From an uncultured Alphaproteobacteria bacterium (GTDB lineage: Bacteria; Pseudomonadota; Alphaproteobacteria; Rickettsiales; UBA1997), in the NCBI GenBank assembly GCA_903879805.1, contig CAIRMX010000004.1, positions 1 through 46,302 of the forward strand: a stretch of 46,302 nucleotides of DNA, read 5' to 3'. Of the stretch, positions 9,215 through 17,112 are shown one piece after another. A program made the translations under genes and the position numbers. The notes under the pieces were generated by a model. It was not told the DNA's origin. It did not search any database and was given only the letters and a program-made list of their open reading frames with translations. Position 1 is the stretch's first letter; each line of letters opens with the position of its first letter.

Positions 9215-10984
9215 ATGAAAAAAAATACTACTCCGCCGAACTGGGATTTATCTGACTTTTACGCCTCGCCAAAAGATAAAAAAATCGCTGCCGAAATTAA
9301 AAAAATTGCTGAGGACACTAAAAAATTCACCAAAGAATTTTGTGGAAAAATTGGAAAACTCAGCGCGCCGCAACTTTTTTTAGCGATTAAAAAATTTGAA
9401 GAACTCTGCGAAAAAATCGGCAAAATTTCCAGCTATTCACAATTGCTCTACGCTTCTGATTTATCGAATCAGACCAATGTTGCCTTCCATCAAAACACTT
9501 CTGAGACCTTAAGCAAATTTGAATCAGAATTAATTTTCTTCTCACTCGAATTAAACAAAATCGACGACAAAAAATTAGCGCTTTTGCTGAAAAATTCTGA
9601 CTTAAAAAAATACCAACCTTTCATTCGCGACACTCGCGCTTTCAAAAAATATCAGCTCTCAGAAGAGCTAGAAAAATTCTCACTCGAAAAAGGTCTAACC
9701 GGCCGCAACGCCTTCGTGCGCTTGTTTGATGAGACAGTTAATAATTTAAAATTTTCTTACCGCGGCAAGATTTTGAACTCGCAAGAAATCTTCGATTTAG
9801 TTTCAAATGCCGACGAAAAAGTTAGAAAAGACGCCGCCAAAGCAATTGGCAAAACCTTCGAAGAAAATTCCAAAATTTTCGCCTTCATCACCAATATTTT
9901 AGCCAAAGATAAAGCAGTTGAAGATACTTGGCGTGGCTTTGCCAAACCAATATCCTCGCGCAATCTCAGCAATTTTGTTGAAGATGAAGTGGTTGATGTT
10001 TTGGTTAAAAAAGTGAAAGAAAATTACGGCAAGATTTCGCATCGTTACTACAAAATTAAGGCAAAAACTTTAGGCAAAAAAATCCTAAATCACTGGGATC
10101 GCAACGCCCCTTTAAGCAAAGCAGAAAATAAAACCATTCCTTGGGAAGAGGCTAAATCTCTGGTTCTATCAGCCTATGGCGAGTTCTCACCCGCGATGGA
10201 AAAAATTGCGGAGATCTTTTTTAAGAAAAATTGGATCGATGCTAAAGTTAAGAGCGGCAAAGATTCTGGCGCCTTCTCACATTCTTGCGTGCCCTCAGTT
10301 CACCCTTACATTTTAATGAATTACCAAGGCAAAGTTCGCGACGTGATGACTTTAGCACACGAGCTTGGTCACGGCGTGCATCAATATCTGGCGCGCTCTC
10401 AGGGCTATTTCATGAGCGGTACACCTTTGACTTTGGCAGAAACCGCATCAGTTTTTGGCGAACAATTAACCTTCCAAAAAATTCTTAAAAACGAGAAAGA
10501 TTCAAAAAAGAAAAAACTAATTATCGCCAATAAAGTTGAAGACATGATTAGCACTGTGGTGCGTCAAATCGCCTTTTTAGAATTTGAAAGAAAAGTGCAC
10601 GAAGCCAGAAAAGACGGGGAAATTCCGCTGGAGAAAATCTGCGAATTTTGGATGGAAGTGCAAAAAGAAAGTCTGGGCGCTGCCTTCAAATTTGACCAAG
10701 AATATCGCTTCTTTTGGAGCTACATTCCTCACTTCATCCACTCACCTTTTTACGTTTACGCCTACGCTTTTGGTGACTGTTTAGTCAATTCACTTTACGG
10801 CGTTTACAAGTCTGGTAAAATTAAAAACTTCGAAGAAAAATATTTGGCGATGCTGACGGGCGGGGGCACCAAAGGCCACAAAGAAATGTTAGAACCATTT
10901 GGACTTTCGATCAAAGATCCAAAATTTTGGCAAGCGGGACTTGATGTAATCATCGGCTACATCGATCAATTGGAGAAGATTTAA
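9215..10984 (+). CDS. pepF: M3B oligoendopeptidase F
   Basis: WDLSDFY start, HPYILMNY, HELGHGVH zinc motif, AETAS, PHF...PFYVYAY. Confidence 0.93.
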   Translation: MKKNTTPPNWDLSDFYASPKDKKIAAEIKKIAEDTKKFTKEFCGKIGKLSAPQLFLAIKKFEELCEKIGKISSYSQLLYASDLSNQTNVAFHQNTSETLSKFESELIFFSLELNKIDDKKLALLLKNSDLKKYQPFIRDTRAFKKYQLSEELEKFSLEKGLTGRNAFVRLFDETVNNLKFSYRGKILNSQEIFDLVSNADEKVRKDAAKAIGKTFEENSKIFAFITNILAKDKAVEDTWRGFAKPISSRNLSNFVEDEVVDVLVKKVKENYGKISHRYYKIKAKTLGKKILNHWDRNAPLSKAENKTIPWEEAKSLVLSAYGEFSPAMEKIAEIFFKKNWIDAKVKSGKDSGAFSHSCVPSVHPYILMNYQGKVRDVMTLAHELGHGVHQYLARSQGYFMSGTPLTLAETASVFGEQLTFQKILKNEKDSKKKKLIIANKVEDMISTVVRQIAFLEFERKVHEARKDGEIPLEKICEFWMEVQKESLGAAFKFDQEYRFFWSYIPHFIHSPFYVYAYAFGDCLVNSLYGVYKSGKIKNFEEKYLAMLTGGGTKGHKEMLEPFGLSIKDPKFWQAGLDVIIGYIDQLEKI

Positions 10985-11599
10985 ATGATTAATCCGGTTT
11001 ACGCAGAAACTTTATTCAATCACTTGTACGGAAATATTAATGGTTACGGAATTTCAACCGCAGCGCGAGCAAGTTCTGGGCTTGATACTGAAAAATTACT
11101 TTACGGCGAATTACCTTTTCAAACTTGGAAAGACATTATTGAGCGCGCCAATCCCAAAAAAGATGGTGTGTTTTTTGACTTGGGATCGGGCACGGGACGC
11201 GTCGTAATTGCTTCATATTTGCTTGGCGAATTTCAAAAATGCCTTGGTGTTGAACTTCTTAAAGGTTTACACGACAAGGCTTGCGAGGTGAAGACAGAAT
11301 TTGAAAAAAATATTAAACCGCAAATCGAAACTCACGTTGCGGGGCGCGAATTAAATTTTTTCTGCAATGATATTTTTGCAATCGATCTGCGAGAAGCTGA
11401 TTTTTTGTTCATGAATCACCCTTTCAAAGAGAGTGATATTTTTAATAAACTTGAAGAAAAAATTTTGGACGAATTAAAAGCAGGAAGTAAGATTGTTACA
11501 ACCATCCGTTCACTAAAGAATCCGCGTTTCAAAAACCTTGGAAACCAAACTTACAAATTTAGCTGGGGTGATTCTACAGCACATTTTTTCGAGACGTAA
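10985..11599 (+). CDS. DOT1-like class I SAM-dependent (protein-lysine) methyltransferase
   Basis: LYGE, VFFDLGSGTGRVV, GVEL, ADFLFMN..F, LKAGSKIVT and FSWG occur in the motif order of the DOT1 catalytic core. Confidence 0.75.
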   Translation: MINPVYAETLFNHLYGNINGYGISTAARASSGLDTEKLLYGELPFQTWKDIIERANPKKDGVFFDLGSGTGRVVIASYLLGEFQKCLGVELLKGLHDKACEVKTEFEKNIKPQIETHVAGRELNFFCNDIFAIDLREADFLFMNHPFKESDIFNKLEEKILDELKAGSKIVTTIRSLKNPRFKNLGNQTYKFSWGDSTAHFFET

Positions 11600-11602
11600 A
11601 TT

Positions 11603-11896
11603 ATGAAAAAGAAAATAGTTAAAGCCGCACCAAAAAAAGTTATCAAAAAGAAAGTGGTTAAAGCCGCGCCAGTTAAAGCTAAAAAGGCCGCGGTAAAAAA
11701 AGTTTTAGCAAAAAAAATCGTTAAAAAAACACCACAAAAAGCAGTGGCTGAAGTTAAGACCGCTAAAAGAAAACCGGTTTCAATCAGAATTCTTACCAGC
11801 GACATCGAAACCATTAAAATCAAGGCTGCAAAGCTTGGCGTTCCTTATCAAACCTACATTAATATTCTTATTCATCGCGACGCGGTGAGTGAGTAA
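11603..11896 (+). CDS. Histone H1-like Lys/Ala/Val-rich protein with C-terminal CopG-antitoxin-like (RHH) DNA-binding domain
   Basis: 23 Lys and one acidic residue in the first 57 aa (KKKxVKAAP repeats); C-terminus VSIRI...IKxKAAKLGVPYQTYINILIH fits the CopG/BrnA-type RHH pattern. Confidence 0.75.
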   Translation: MKKKIVKAAPKKVIKKKVVKAAPVKAKKAAVKKVLAKKIVKKTPQKAVAEVKTAKRKPVSIRILTSDIETIKIKAAKLGVPYQTYINILIHRDAVSE

Positions 11897-11912
11897 TTCT
11901 ACAAAGGCACCA

Positions 11913-12347
11913 ATGGCGACAGAAATAAATTTTTACCAAGCTGACGAAACCATCATAAAGTCTCTCGCCCCTTTGCTTTTAAAGGTTTTGGATGAGAAGA
12001 AAAAGGCGTTTATTTTCTGTCAAAATCCTGCGCAAATTAAGGCGATTGACGATTCTTTGTGGAGTTACGGACGTAATAAATTCATTCCCCACATTACAAT
12101 TTCTGATAAGGATTTTGTCTTGGAACGTCAGCCGATTTTGATTTCAGATAAAGAAGAAAATTCTAACAAAGCTGATTATTTGGTTTTTTTAGATGTGCCA
12201 TCATCTGGCTTTTTATCTAGCTTTGAGAGGGTCTTTTATTTTTTTGAAGAGCAGAATTTTGCAGCTGCAGAAGGGATCGCGAAGAAAGTTAAACCGAAAA
12301 ATTGCTACAAGAAACTAGATGGGAAATGGGTGAAGTTTAACTTCTAA
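11913..12347 (+). CDS. holC: DNA polymerase III chi subunit
   Basis: INFYQ, LLLKVL, IDDSLWSY...FIPH, QPILIS, FERV. ATG 11913 preferred over GTG 11889. Confidence 0.88.
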   Translation: MATEINFYQADETIIKSLAPLLLKVLDEKKKAFIFCQNPAQIKAIDDSLWSYGRNKFIPHITISDKDFVLERQPILISDKEENSNKADYLVFLDVPSSGFLSSFERVFYFFEEQNFAAAEGIAKKVKPKNCYKKLDGKWVKFNF

Positions 12348-12376
12348 ACTTCACCACTGCTGCACCTTACCTTTAG

Positions 12377-12483
12377 TTGTCACCCCGTCGCATGACGGGA
12401 CCCATCTCGTCACAAATTATGAATTTTATTCTTTACTTCTGAGCTCCCGAGACCGTGGACCCCGTCATTCGACGGGGTGACAA
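12377..12483. repeat. Palindromic REP/RPE-like element, family A, copy 1
   Basis: TTGTCACCCCGTCGCATGACGGGACCCA...TGGACCCCGTCATTCGACGGGGTGACAA: inverted arms, each itself a hairpin; second copy at 15457. Confidence 0.85.
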
Positions 12484-12503
12484 TCGAGAATGTAATTACC
12501 AAC

Positions 12504-12542
12504 AAAAAAGGCTCCTCTGAAATTTTCAGAGGAGCCTTTTTT
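12504..12542. terminator. Bidirectional intrinsic terminator
   Basis: AAAAAAGGCTCCTCTGAAA-TTTTCAGAGGAGCCTTTTTT hairpin with U-tracts on both strands, between convergent units. Confidence 0.9.
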
Positions 12543-12550
12543 AAATTTTA

Positions 12551-12633
12551 GTGTCGGGAGCCACCACCACGCAAACCCGGCGTGTGTATTCATATTCCCT
12601 GTAAAAGGTTTTGTATTCTGATACACTCCCGAC
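12551..12633 (-). ncRNA. Putative structured small RNA, possibly a minimal alpha-r45/speF-like RNA
   Basis: 5' GTCGGGAG pairs with 3' CTCCCGAC; internal hairpins; GC-rich island with upstream promoter-like motif and downstream terminator; no ORF. Family resemblance is from memory only. Confidence 0.65.
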
Positions 12634-12640
12634 GGGGGGC

Positions 12641-12671
12641 AATTTATTTTTAGTGACCCATTTTTAGCAAG
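12641..12671 (-). promoter_or_regulatory. Sigma70-like promoter of the putative sRNA
   Basis: Minus strand CTTGCTA-N18-TAAATT, then GCCCCCC, then the first G of the closing stem. Confidence 0.5.
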
Positions 12672-12729
12672 AGGTTTTTTATAATTTTTTTTAGGCTCCG
12701 AACTATTGAAAATAAGACCTCTAGCAATC

Positions 12730-13407
12730 TTACCTAATTTTCAAAATCTTGTGAATCTGCAGCGAAACACGGTGGCCAAATTTTGCCGCTAGCTCCAAAA
12801 CATGGCGCAAATTCTCTTGATTCTTGGCCTCGTCGTACTCGTCCATAGGTTGCAAATAAACTGGGATCTTAAACTCGCTTTGTCCGAGCTCGGCAGTTTG
12901 GAAATAATTTTTTTTCGTCTTAGAAATAATAAATTTTAAAGCATCGACTCGGGCCAAAAGATCGGGGCGAATTTGGTGATATTTTTCGTTAGTGATTTTT
13001 GGTGAACAAATAATTTTCACTTCTTTGGGTAAGTCGCGAAACAAAGTGCCGTTAGTTTCAATCTGCACTAAAAAATCGCGCTGTACCAATTCTTGACAAA
13101 GTCTTTCAATCGGCTGACGCAAAGGCTCTCCACCGGTAATTACAACTAGTTTTCTGACCAAATCGCCAGCGTCATTTTTTGCCAAACGCGAAACTTCTTC
13201 GATTATTTTTTCGACAGAAAAATTTTGGTAAGAATCAAATTCGGTGTCACAAAAATCGCAGGCTAAATTGCAGCCGCCCAAACGCACAAAAACTGAAGGG
13301 TAACCCACGTAAGGCCCCTCACCTTGAAATGTCGGAAAAATTTCCTGCACATCTAAGTGAAATCCTTCGTGAATTTCTGGTTTGGCAATTTTGTTTTTTC
13401 CAAACAT
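12730..13407 (-). CDS. queE: 7-carboxy-7-deazaguanine synthase (radical SAM)
   Basis: FQGEG, CNLACDFCDT, ITGGEP, IETNG, SLQIHK. ATG 13407 (MFGKN) preferred; the track's TTG 13440 lies inside a dispersed repeat. Confidence 0.93.
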   Translation of the reverse strand: MFGKNKIAKPEIHEGFHLDVQEIFPTFQGEGPYVGYPSVFVRLGGCNLACDFCDTEFDSYQNFSVEKIIEEVSRLAKNDAGDLVRKLVVITGGEPLRQPIERLCQELVQRDFLVQIETNGTLFRDLPKEVKIICSPKITNEKYHQIRPDLLARVDALKFIISKTKKNYFQTAELGQSEFKIPVYLQPMDEYDEAKNQENLRHVLELAAKFGHRVSLQIHKILKIR

Positions 13408-13415
13408 TTTAAAAG

Positions 13416-13471
13416 TTGGATCCTTGATTTTGCTGGTCAAAAGCTAATTTTGCACCTAGGTGCAAAATTCA
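13416..13471. repeat. 56-bp dispersed element with perfect 24-bp palindrome, copy 1
   Basis: TTGGATCCTTGATTTTGCTGGTCAAAAGCT-AATTTTGCACCTAGGTGCAAAATT-CA; second copy at 30629. Confidence 0.85.
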
Positions 13472-15358
13472 CTATTCCGGTTTTTCGCCTTCGCTAACGT
13501 TAGGCAAAAAACTACTAACTGCTGCAGTTGCATTTGAAACTACCTGCACTGAATTTTTGCGAATTTCTTTGCCAGCGAGCAAATCTTTGATTTCATCACC
13601 TGTTAGCGTTTCGTATTCGAGCAAAGATTTTGCCAATTTTTCCAAATCAGCTTTTTTCTCAGTCAAAATTTTCTTCGCGCGTTGCAAAGCTTCGTCAACG
13701 ATTCTACGCACTTCTTCGTCAATTACTTTGCCGGTTTCTTCGGAGAAAACTTTTTGCGCAGCGTAAAATTTCGAACCGTCTTCTTCGCTGTAATCAATAG
13801 TTCCAACTTTGTCGCTTAAGCCCCAACGCGTCACCATGCTGCGCGCCATTGAGGTGGCTTGTGAAATATCGGAAGAAGCGCCAGTTGTGACTTGGTCGTA
13901 GCCAAAAATTAATTCTTCCGCAGCACGTCCGCCCATTGCAACCACCAAATCGTCGTGAAGTTTAGCGCGAGTAATTGAGAAACGATCAGTTTCTGGCAAG
14001 CGCATCACAAGGCCCAAAGCGCGACCTCTTGGAATGATTGTTGCTTTGTGAATTGGATCAGAATTGACGCAATTGATCGCCGTAATGGCGTGTCCCGATT
14101 CGTGGTAAGCGGTTAATTCTTTTTCTGATTGCTGCATCACCATCGATTTTCTCTCAGCGCCCATCATGATTTTATCTTTGGCTTCTTCGAGATTTTTCAT
14201 CGTCACCATTTTCTGATTGTAACGCGCCGCAATTAGTGCGCCTTCATTTACCAGATTGGCCAAATCAGCACCGGCAAATCCCGGTGTGCCGCGCGCAATG
14301 GTTTTGGCGTCAATATCAGCCGCCGCTGCAACTTTTTTAAGGTGAACTCCAAGAATTTGTTCACGGCCGTTAATGTCGGGATTTGGCACGGTGATTTGGC
14401 GATCGAATCTTCCTGGTCTAAGCAAAGCACGATCCAAAACATCAGGGCGGTTGGTTGCAGCAATAATTACCACACCTTCATTTTCAGAAAAGCCGTCCAT
14501 TTCAACTAGCAATTGGTTGAGAGTTTGTTCACGCTCGTCATTTCCGCCCCCTACTCCCGAGCCTCTGTGACGACCAACCGCATCAATTTCATCAATGAAA
14601 ACGATGCAAGGTGCTGATTTTTTTGATTGCTCAAACATGTCGCGAACGCGGCTGGCGCCGACGCCCACAAACATTTCAACGAAGTCTGAACCAGAAATTG
14701 AAAAGAAAGGCACGTTGGCTTCCCCTGCAATTGCGCGGGCCAACAAAGTTTTACCAGTACCGGGAGAGCCAATTAGCAAGCAGCCGCGCGGAATTCTCGC
14801 GCCAACATCGGTGTATTTTTTAGAGTCTTTTAAGAAATCGACAATTTCGGTGAGCTCTTGTTTAGCCTCATCAATGCCCGCTACATCAGCAAATGTAACT
14901 TTGGTTTTGCTTTCTTGCAAAAGTTTGGCGCGTGATTTTCCAAAACCAAACGCACCACCGCGACTGCCGCCACCAGAGGCACCGCGTGAAAAATAAATCC
15001 ACAAGCCAATCATTAAAATGAAAGGTAGGAAGCCTAAAATTCCGCTAATAATTTTTTCAGATTTGCTGACGAGTGGCACGGCGTTGATCTCCACACCTTT
15101 CTCCTGCAAGGATTCAACTAGGTTAGGATATTCCGGAAGATAAGTGTAAAACTCGCCGCCGCTTTTGAATTTTCCGATTAAATCGCTGCCTTTAATGTCA
15201 ACTTTTTCAACTTCGCCAGCATCAACTTTTTTCATGAATTCGCTGAAAATCAGCTTGTTTCCCGAAGCGCCGTCAGGCCCGCCAATGATCTGTGACACCG
15301 TCATCACCACAGCGAAAATGATCAGCCATGTAAAAAAATTTTTGCTGGGAGTTTTCAT
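13472..15358 (-). CDS. ftsH: ATP-dependent zinc metalloprotease FtsH
   Basis: Two TMs, [14 protein letters not shown], second region of homology, HESGH zinc motif. Confidence 0.98.
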   Translation of the reverse strand: MKTPSKNFFTWLIIFAVVMTVSQIIGGPDGASGNKLIFSEFMKKVDAGEVEKVDIKGSDLIGKFKSGGEFYTYLPEYPNLVESLQEKGVEINAVPLVSKSEKIISGILGFLPFILMIGLWIYFSRGASGGGSRGGAFGFGKSRAKLLQESKTKVTFADVAGIDEAKQELTEIVDFLKDSKKYTDVGARIPRGCLLIGSPGTGKTLLARAIAGEANVPFFSISGSDFVEMFVGVGASRVRDMFEQSKKSAPCIVFIDEIDAVGRHRGSGVGGGNDEREQTLNQLLVEMDGFSENEGVVIIAATNRPDVLDRALLRPGRFDRQITVPNPDINGREQILGVHLKKVAAAADIDAKTIARGTPGFAGADLANLVNEGALIAARYNQKMVTMKNLEEAKDKIMMGAERKSMVMQQSEKELTAYHESGHAITAINCVNSDPIHKATIIPRGRALGLVMRLPETDRFSITRAKLHDDLVVAMGGRAAEELIFGYDQVTTGASSDISQATSMARSMVTRWGLSDKVGTIDYSEEDGSKFYAAQKVFSEETGKVIDEEVRRIVDEALQRAKKILTEKKADLEKLAKSLLEYETLTGDEIKDLLAGKEIRKNSVQVVSNATAAVSSFLPNVSEGEKPE

Positions 15359-15399
15359 TTAGAATTTTTTGAAATTTTAGGGAGTTGTGAGTGGAAGAA

Positions 15400-15427
15400 A
15401 CTTAAGAACGGCGGGAGAAAATTCAAT
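15400..15427 (-). promoter_or_regulatory. Putative RpoH (sigma32) promoter of ftsH
   Basis: Minus strand TTG-N17-CTTAAGT; same architecture upstream of groES. Confidence 0.5.
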
Positions 15428-15456
15428 GTGAGGCTTAAAAAAAACTCTCTGTCACT

Positions 15457-15561
15457 CTCGGTGTCACCCCGTCTTTATGACGGGGTCTAGTCTCCGAATT
15501 CCAAACTTAAAGTTTGTGCCGTGCTGACTGGACCCCGTCGTAAAGACGGGGTGACACCGAG
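15457..15561. repeat. Palindromic REP/RPE-like element, family A, copy 2
   Basis: CTCGGTGTCACCCCGTCTTTATGACGGGGTCTAGTC...GACTGGACCCCGTCGTAAAGACGGGGTGACACCGAG. Confidence 0.85.
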
Positions 15562-15606
15562 GGTAGCTACAGTTAGGTGCAAAATTACAAAGATTTTAGA
15601 CAGGCT

Positions 15607-16338
15607 CTAAGACTGCTTCAAAGTATTAACCAAAGACTTCCTAACTTCCTTAACTTCCGCCACCTGCAAATCATCAAGACTAAACGGCCCGAAAGACACG
15701 CGGATCAAGCGGTTAACCTGCAATCCCAAATGCTCCATCACCTTTCTAATCTCACGATTTTTTCCTTCTTCGAGAGAAATTTTTAACCAAGAGTTCGATT
15801 CTTTTTCTACATCCACTTCCACCTTGATGCCAGCATATCTAACGCCGTCAACCGTGATTCCTTTCTCCAATTTTTTTAATCTTTCGTGGTTTAATTTTCC
15901 AAAAACCCGCGCGCGATATTTTCTCACCCATTTATTTTTCGGCAGCTCCATGTAGCGCGCAAGCTCGCCACTGGTGGTTAGAACCAAAAGTCCTTCGGTG
16001 TTGTAATCCAACCTGCCCACCGTGATTACGCGTGGCATGTTTTTTGGTAATAAGTCGAAAATTGTTTTGCGATTATGCGGATCTTTAGTTGTGGTCAAAA
16101 ACCCAACCGGCTTGTGAAACAGCCAAATGCGTGCCTCTTGCTTAGCATTGATTAGCTTGTCGTTAATTTTAATCGACTGATCGGTAATAAAAGTTGCGGG
16201 GCTGTTAATGGTTTCGCCATTCACTTTCACCACACCTTCAAGAATTAGCGCCTCAGCTTCGCGGCGTGAGCAATGTCCTGATTGCGCAATCATTTTTGCA
16301 ATACGAATGCCTTTTTCTTCAGTTGTTTTAACTGTCAT
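15607..16338 (-). CDS. rluB: rRNA pseudouridine synthase, RsuA/RluB family
   Basis: S4 domain (CSRREAE), [25 protein letters not shown]. Confidence 0.85.
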   Translation of the reverse strand: MTVKTTEEKGIRIAKMIAQSGHCSRREAEALILEGVVKVNGETINSPATFITDQSIKINDKLINAKQEARIWLFHKPVGFLTTTKDPHNRKTIFDLLPKNMPRVITVGRLDYNTEGLLVLTTSGELARYMELPKNKWVRKYRARVFGKLNHERLKKLEKGITVDGVRYAGIKVEVDVEKESNSWLKISLEEGKNREIRKVMEHLGLQVNRLIRVSFGPFSLDDLQVAEVKEVRKSLVNTLKQS

Positions 16339-16348
16339 TTTATTTGTC

Positions 16349-17110
16349 TTAATTTCTGTTTTTATACTTCGCAGCCGCTTCTACAAACGCTTCGAAGATT
16401 TTTCTATCCGCATCACCAACTTCAAATTCGGGATGCCATTGCACGCCTAAACAAAATGGGTGATTAGGTTTTTCAACGGCTTCAATTACTCCGTCTGATG
16501 CTTGCGCAACCACTTTCAAACCTTCTCCCGCCATCTTCGCCGCTTGATGGTGCGAAGAATTAGTTTTGATTTTTTCCTCACCAACAATGTCGAAAAGTCG
16601 CGAGTCTTTTGCGATTTCAACATCGTGATATCCGGTTTTGTAATCGTTAAAACCCTCAAAATGACTCTGCTCGTGATCCATGTATTTTTCTTCGTCTGGA
16701 ATATGCTGAATCACTTTGCCGCCATGCAAGACGTTGATTAATTGCATACCATTACAAATACCAAGTAAAGGCACTTGGGTTTTGATTGCTCTAAGCCCCA
16801 ATTCATGCTCAAAATTTTCGCGAATGTCGTTTAGTTTAACTGCTGGGTGAATTTCATCAACACCGTAGCGCTTTGGGTGAATGTCAAAATAGCCACCAAC
16901 CACCATCAATCCGTCAAGAGACTCAAGGTAAGAATCGATCAAATCATAATCGTAAGTAAGTATAACTGCTGCACCCCCAGCCTTGTTTACCATCTCAACA
17001 TAATTAGCGCGCAAAGCGTAATAATTTCTAGTTGAGTAAGCACCCGGGCAGCCATCTTTGTAGTCTGGAACTATGCCAATTATGGGACGAAAAGTTTTAG
17101 CTTTAATCAT
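16349..17110 (-). CDS. Gamma-glutamyl-GABA hydrolase family (peptidase C26)
   Basis: [21 protein letters not shown] class I glutamine amidotransferase triad. Confidence 0.92.
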   Translation of the reverse strand: MIKAKTFRPIIGIVPDYKDGCPGAYSTRNYYALRANYVEMVNKAGGAAVILTYDYDLIDSYLESLDGLMVVGGYFDIHPKRYGVDEIHPAVKLNDIRENFEHELGLRAIKTQVPLLGICNGMQLINVLHGGKVIQHIPDEEKYMDHEQSHFEGFNDYKTGYHDVEIAKDSRLFDIVGEEKIKTNSSHHQAAKMAGEGLKVVAQASDGVIEAVEKPNHPFCLGVQWHPEFEVGDADRKIFEAFVEAAAKYKNRN

Positions 17111-17112
17111 AT

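Noticed and set aside
11551-11823. Hydrophobic 90-aa ORF that could be read as a membrane toxin
   Set aside because: Antisense shadow of the Lys-rich gene; AAA codons read as TTT (Phe).
12329-12355. 11-bp hairpin GGTGAAGTTTA/TAAACTTCACC over the holC stop
   Set aside because: Single instance, no U-tract; cannot assign a function.
12551-12633. Cloverleaf-like fold as a tRNA, or a preQ1 riboswitch given nearby queE
   Set aside because: No TTC T-loop, D-loop GG or CCA end; lies downstream of queE and lacks preQ1 features.
13408-13440. N-terminal extension MTSKIKDPTFK of QueE
   Set aside because: Encoded by the dispersed 56-bp element; the same peptide start appears in the spurious ORF 30258..30653.
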